Below, in pieces: positions 10,918-16,461 of a stretch of DNA of 16,461 bases (position 1 is the first letter of the stretch; every line of letters begins with the position of its first letter). Made by a program: the position numbers and the translations under genes. This stretch comes from Ginkgo biloba (Eukaryota > Plantae > Ginkgophyta): the NCBI GenBank assembly GCA_024626585.2, contig JANKJI020000002.1, positions 57,206,695-57,223,155 of the forward strand, in the 5' to 3' direction. The notes under the pieces are model-generated. The model was not told the origin of the DNA, did not search any database, and saw only the letters and a list, made by a program, of their open reading frames with translations.

Positions 10918-11735
10918 AGAGGAATTGTAGAGCAAAGAAAAACTAAAGTTTTTTAATGATGAAATGAANNNNNNNNNNNNNNNNNNNNNNNNNNNNNNNN
11001 NNNNNNNNNNNNNNNNNNNNNNNNNNNNNNNNNNNNNNNNNNNNNNNNNNNNNNNNNNNNNNNNNNNNATCACATCATTTGCCTGCAACAACAGGCTGGT
11101 GTCAAGATGGAGAACCAAAATCCATTCACCAAACACCTGAAGTAGGGTTTCAGCACATAGAAACACATGATAAACAAATAATTTCAAACCCTAATTAGGT
11201 GCTCAAAACTGAAAGTGGCCCCATTGATAACAAGTCTCACACAGACATTGAGTGTTTACACCTAACATCAAGGAAAATAACAAAGAATAAAACTGTTAAG
11301 TCTAGACATAAACCTTAAAGTCCATGAGTTGGCAGTGGAAAAAACAACTTCAGTGAATTTACATAAAAGAACACAAATCAGCAAGCTTAGAAGTACTCTA
11401 TAATTTTGTAATAAACCTAAATACAGGAGTGCATTCCAAACACGCCAAACATTTGGGTGTAACATAAACATACTCTTCAGTTCTTCTGTGTCTGGTATCT
11501 GTTTACACGAAAAAGCATTGTGTTCTCTTAAACGCGTACCTCGTTAAAAAACTGCCAACTTCTGCCAAAGCGGGTAAGCAGGTGTCCAATGGATTCTTAT
11601 GGAAGATAAGCAGTAAAGAGAGAGTTTGAGGTAGACATAGAAATATATTAGTGTCCACTAGTGACCAANNNNNNNNNNNNNNNNNNNNNNNNNNNNNNNN
11701 NNNNNNNNNNNNNNNNNNNNNNNNNNNNNNNNNNN

Positions 11736-13932
11736 ATTCTTAAACTAAGAAACTAGGAAATACAATAGAGTAAAATAAGACATGGTAAAGTGATGCATAC
11801 AATACATCCAAGGTGAGGTTAATCCCTTCACACTTGAAGTCTATAAATGTAACCAAGGTCTGCATAGTGCTACCAACACCAAATGGACCTTCTATGAGAT
11901 AGGACTACAAGTCACCTCCAGGGCTTGTCAAATGATCTCCTCTATAGTCTGACCATCGATGGCTCTNNNNNNNNNNNNNNNNNNNNNNNNNNNNNNNNNN
12001 NNNNNNNNNNNNNNNNNNNNNNNNNCAACTATCGTCTGCCTCACTCAAATCTATGTCTCTTCTACAATCCAAGGCCATTGTGTCTCTCCCAAAGCAGCCG
12101 GCGATAAGTCTCTCTCTCCTAGGTATGGGTCTCAAAGTCCCATAAAAGGTCCTCTTGATGTGGCAAGTGGAATGTCTCCTCATGCGCTATAAGGGAGGAT
12201 GGTGAGCAATCCTCGTCCTCGTACAGTGCCAAATATCTCGTTGGGTGCATGGTCTGTCCAAAGCGCGCTTTTGTCATGCTACTGGGATTGCAAGCGGAAA
12301 GAAAAGTGATTGTCTAGAGTCTACTGCTCCATGGTATGGTTTCCCCCTAAGAGGTGTCATCCATTAAGAAAAAGATCTCTAAGTAGTTGGGCTACGCATC
12401 ATTGATCTTTGTAGAAATGAAACTAGAGAGCGAACCCCCTGTGTCCCTAAAGAGACAATAGTATCTCCCTCAAATCTTGCAGACAATAAGACATCTAAAG
12501 ATGAAATGCTCCTCAATCTCTACCTCTAATGATCAAATCCTACAAATGAATTGGTCTCCAGGCACATGGTGTTTGACTTCTACCTAAAACTGATGGGAGC
12601 AAACTCTGAACTAGGCTATTGGAAATCGCAAGCCATGCGACATGAATAAGTGTAGGCATCCTGGTGGATCAATGATACCCTCATATAAACAAAGAAGTTG
12701 CTCAAATTTCAAGGCCATTTTGAGACTAGGACATCTAACTGGTGAGATCCATGTGATCTAGAGGTATGCTCTATAAATATCCTCTCGAATGTACTCTTTA
12801 ATCTCCCTTTTGGTGAGCAGGAAATTAGGTGCATCAAGAGAGAATTTGAAGGGAGGTAAGCTATCAACAGAGGTCCCAATTATTTCGAGTAGGGTTGAAA
12901 ACTCACTATACCATCCTTGTCTTTGTCTAGATGTCTCCTGATCTACTATCATCTGTGATGAGTATAAAGCTAAGGGCATCTCCCCCTCCTAGGGTGAGTG
13001 TCGGCAATAGCTTGGACTCTGTGCAAATATGTGATGATCCTAAATATAGTATTTGGGCAAAGTGCGTCTGCGCCAAACTTTGCTTGGACAATTCTTTGAG
13101 GAACTGTCTGTTTACACTGTATGATTCCTCTCGATCCGTGCCCAATTAGATGTGCATAGGCTTGATGCCTATATTCAAGAACCATAGAGTGCAGTTGGTC
13201 TCACCAAGGCATCAAACAACCATTGTTTGGTAGGGATATCCTGGAACTAAAGATGGAAACACTGTCTCTCAAGGAGTGTAAGGGACGCAAAACCTTTCCA
13301 AAGACATGGCTGGGATCCTAGGTGCAGGCTGAACGTAGGGACCGATACTGGACACCAAGGTAGGTGTATGAAGACATAACCTTGACTAGCTGATCTTTGA
13401 AAACAAAATGGAGTCATGATGCAGTACTTTCAGGAGCATTGAAGATCATAACTTTAGTCTTATTGATGTTCACCTCCAAATGTCTACAGTCGCAAACAAC
13501 AATCAAGGCATCTAGTTATCTCTAGAGCCCATCAGGAGTAGATGAAAGAAGGACAACACCATCTACAAAAAGAAGGATAGCAATCAAAGCTCCATGTAAA
13601 AGACATACATCCTCCACCTGTGTGGCCTCTTGAATGCACTGCTCAAGCTCATCAATAAATAGGCCAAATAATGTAGGTGATGAAGGACATCTCTGTTCGA
13701 CTCCAATTGTGATTGGTATGTCTCTGGATAATGCGTGTGTAGTGCGGACCGGGCCCAGTACCTACTCATACAAAATAGTAACCACAGCAATGACAGTCTC
13801 TAGGATGCCAAGCTTATGGAGCGTCTCCATAAGATGATGTCTCATAACTGTATCAAAGGCCTTTCCAAAGTCCACAAAGCAACAGTAGAATTTCAAGTGG
13901 CTATGTTTGGCCTCCTCAATAATGGTCCTGAG
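11736..13932 (-). mobile_element. 5'-truncated RTE/RTEX-like LINE, copy B (degenerate reverse transcriptase, thumb, C-terminal Cys/His motif, probable 3' tail)
   Basis: Minus translation from 13932 gives LRTIIEEAKHSHLKFYCCFVDFGKAFDTVMR...TIGVEQRCPSSPTLFGLFIDELEQ...ILLFVDGVVLLSSTPDGL*R*LDAL...LEVNINKTKVMIFN...YTYLGVQ...LFDALVRPTALYGS...FRVCSHQF*VE...ICRI*SLEVEIEEHFIFRC. The catalytic (Y/F)ADD has decayed to FVDG at 13558-13569. The 3' extent below ~12300 is less certain. Confidence 0.9.
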
Positions 13933-14677
13933 AAAGCATCATCACATTGGAGACGAGCTAGCACATGAAAATGTAGACTTGTGTACATATGCATCAAAAT
14001 CACAAGTTCATTATGACTACAGTGATCCCCACAAGATGGTGAGGATCCTAAGAATTATGGATGGAAGCCTGTAAAAGAGAAGGTTCTGTCACATATAAAA
14101 TGGACATTTGTATCCTGTACACAGTTGATCCGCCTTGATAATTTATGTCCTAATCATAATTATCTTTGGCAATTCCTTATCCTGCTCAGCCTCAGCATAT
14201 TACATCAAGTCCTCCTGTAGAACTATTGCTGTCTTTTTCCATTTTAACAATCCATCTTGCACCTTTGCTAAGTTATTCTTCCAGCACAGAAGTATGTTTT
14301 TTAGGCTTTCAAAATATCTGTAAAGATGAGAGCAGTAGCTTAGTTATACTTTTCTCTACCTATTTGATNNNNNNNNNNNNNNNNNNNNNNNNNNNNNNNN
14401 NNNNNTTGCATTTGTGTTTATTCCATGATTTAAATTCTAGAAACTGTGGTCTTTAAATAACTTCATTCTAATATTATATTGTTGCCAAGAAATGAAGCTC
14501 ATTTGGTCCATTGATGAGCAGATGGCATCTTACAGTAGATGATCACAGGCTAAATCCGTGAGATAAGTACAATATAGGAACCATTGCCAATGGCAGGTTA
14601 TATGTGGAACCAGGCAACTGAGACCTCAATCACATATGGAGCTTGGCTTACCATGTTTCACTTGTTTACTGTTGCAG

Positions 14678-14843
14678 GTATGTCTGTCTTTCTATGAGAT
14701 AAGAAACAAGCAGACAGCGTGGTTCAGTAACAAGGTTGAACGTTTATACTGGGAGCAGTGGTTTATTTATATCAATGTTATACCTCCAAAATCATCCAGC
14801 AATAAATCCCATCATGCCAAGGTTTCAACTGTGGACTCGGGAG
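14678..14843 (+). CDS. ATG101: Autophagy-related protein 101, internal exon containing the WF finger
   Basis: Preceded by the acceptor tgtttactgttgcag and followed by the donor G|gtacct (phase 1). It encodes VCLSFYEIRNKQTAWFSNKVERLYWEQWFIYINVIPPKSSSNKSHHAKVSTVDSG, closely matching plant ATG101 as recalled (ICLSFYEVKSKQPSWF.KIERLYWEQWYINLNV...KSHHSK). Confidence 0.95.
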
Positions 14844-14981
14844 GTACCTTTTTGCTTTGAATATACAATTCTAGAGAGAGTTTACTATTTGAAAACGTTT
14901 GTTGAATATGCCTTTCTATACTCGATATAAATTATCCAGAAATCTATATTAAACTCGTGTAATTAAACTGAATGAATGCAG

Positions 14982-15106
14982 ACAGCCTGATGGATGAAAG
15001 AAATGCACGTCATGCTGCCTTGGAGTTAGCTCTACGGGATGTTTTATTTCAAATTGTACGATTTGTTAATGAGAAGAAGGATATAGATTTTGCACATAGG
15101 AATTAA
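14982..15106 (+). CDS. ATG101: ATG101 next exon; homology ends at 15082, then a 7-residue unrelated tail and TAA (truncated or possibly pseudogenic)
   Basis: A 138-bp GT-AG intron spans 14844-14981 (acceptor aatgcag) and is phase-compatible (G|AC = Asp). The exon encodes DSLMDERNARHAALELALRDVLFQIVRFVNEKKD, then IDFAHRN* instead of the conserved H-(I/V)-P-P...YP(F/Y)EITIP. Confidence 0.9.
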
Positions 15107-16461
15107 TAGCAAGAACTGCAATTTAATTTATGGTGATACTTTGATTTTGATCCTTTATATTTCCAAAATCGAAAACACTTGTAGAAAACAAGGAGGCATC
15201 GTTGTAGTATCTCTGTTTTATACTCGTGAAAAATTCATTGTTTGAAAGTTAAATTTGGATATTGCATGCCACAAATTATTTATAGCTTGCTTGGTTGAGG
15301 CAATGGAAAAGCGCTTCCCCTCCATTATAGTTAATCTCAAATACTTCTGTTCCATGTCGTAAATAAGTACTAAACCAAGAAATCACATTGAAGAATCAAT
15401 TTATTGAGTGCACTTTTTAATTACCCCAAGAATTTAGGATTGGCAAAGAGGAAGTACTCTCTCTCCAAAAATGAACTAATACCTCTTCCATGTTATGTTC
15501 ATAGTTGTTGTTGAGGTAATGGAATTTAGTACTATGGAGAAATTAAAGTGTGTTTATTTCTACAAAAGATTGAAGACAACTTTTCATCTTATTTCTTAAT
15601 CTTCCATTATAGCTAAGTAGGCCTCGATGAATCTTTGTTTGTTTTAGTGTTTTGTCTTATTGGGAGATAAAGTTTCATGCGCTCTTGATAGACAATGGTT
15701 GTCTTACAATGTGTTACTCTCCCACTTGGAGGAAGGATCATGTGGCATGTTAAATAAACATATTGTATCTACTAAATCTACACGCAGTATATCTACTTTT
15801 CCTAGTGAAGAATTAAAATGTTGTAATATCTACTCTTGATTAATGATTGCATTATATTTGAGTTATTCTTATTTTGTTGGTAACAATATTTTGAATCCCT
15901 AATTTGTTCAATACCTTATTTTCCATGAGGTTTTTAGTTTTGTTTGGTCTTTTGGGAGCAATTTTCTCTTGTTTCCAACCAATTTGTGGTGTCCTTAATC
16001 TAGAGCCTCAACTTAGCATTTAATGATTTATCCAATTGTCCAATTGTTGAAGTTTTGTCATAATTCATATTCTTTAATTTTTCCTTGTGTTTCAAATGTT
16101 TTGTTAGNNNNNNNNNNNNNNNNNNNNNNNNNNNNNNNNNNNNNNNNNNNNNNNNNNNNNNNNNNNNNNNNNNNNNNNNNNNNNNNNNNNNNNNNNNNNN
16201 NNNNNNNNNNNNNNNNNNCAATGGTTTAAGTGAAATTCAACCACATTGTGCTTCATAGTCAAAATGGATAATGAATGTCACTAGGATGTCAAAATAGACT
16301 TTTTGAATATCTAAAATTTTGCATTTTACATATCTTTTTGAGTCCAAAGAAAGCCTTTCGTCCAATATTCAACCTTTTCTCCAAAAATAACTTCTAGTTA
16401 GGATTTGACTTCCCATGATATTTATTATATGTTTACACCCTTTTCATGATTTTCTCATTGT

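Noticed and set aside
11645-11668. CACTAGTG palindrome as a Helitron 3' end (CTAG|T) or CACTA terminus
   Set aside because: The diagnostic hairpin or TIR would lie in the adjacent N-run, and CTAG alone is uninformative.
14982-14985. Alternative acceptor (cag acag) for the second ATG101 exon
   Set aside because: A 4-nt shift breaks the ATG101 reading frame.
15081-15092. Possible U12 AT-AC donor (ATATAGAT) at the ATG101 break
   Set aside because: It does not match the strict RTATCCTT consensus.
15076-15753. 7-bp direct repeat GAAGGAT (15076-15082 and 15732-15738); excising the interval would give KKDHV, like ATG101
   Set aside because: The frame continues ACstop instead of PP...YPxEITIP, and no TIR or poly-A is visible, so this is most likely chance.

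Overview
Eukaryotic, AT-rich land-plant DNA from a fragmented draft assembly with 12 N-runs. The element types suggest a non-flowering vascular plant such as a fern, which is an inference. Five gaps are exactly 100 N and coincide with abrupt changes in content, so the blocks may not be truly adjacent. Most of the window is decayed retroelements: two different Ty3/gypsy Gag remnants (1-~1180 and ~1814-3109, minus), a decayed unassigned ORF resembling LTR-retrotransposon accessory ORFs (3210-4909, plus), a Tat/Ogre-like pre-RT pol fragment (~6196-6760, minus), an L1-type ORF1 remnant (~6790-7900, minus), and two 5'-truncated copies of an RTE/RTEX-like LINE (~9664-10917 and ~11736-13932, minus). 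The only recognisable host gene is two correctly spliced internal exons of ATG101 (14678-14843 and 14982-15082, plus). Its homology stops abruptly mid-exon at NEKKD with no splice donor, and its upstream exons are not visible. I see no convincing novel biological system. The best leads are the truncated ATG101 beside unexplained opposite-strand exon-like pieces, the divergent 3' tails of the two LINE copies, and two unassigned decayed coding regions.
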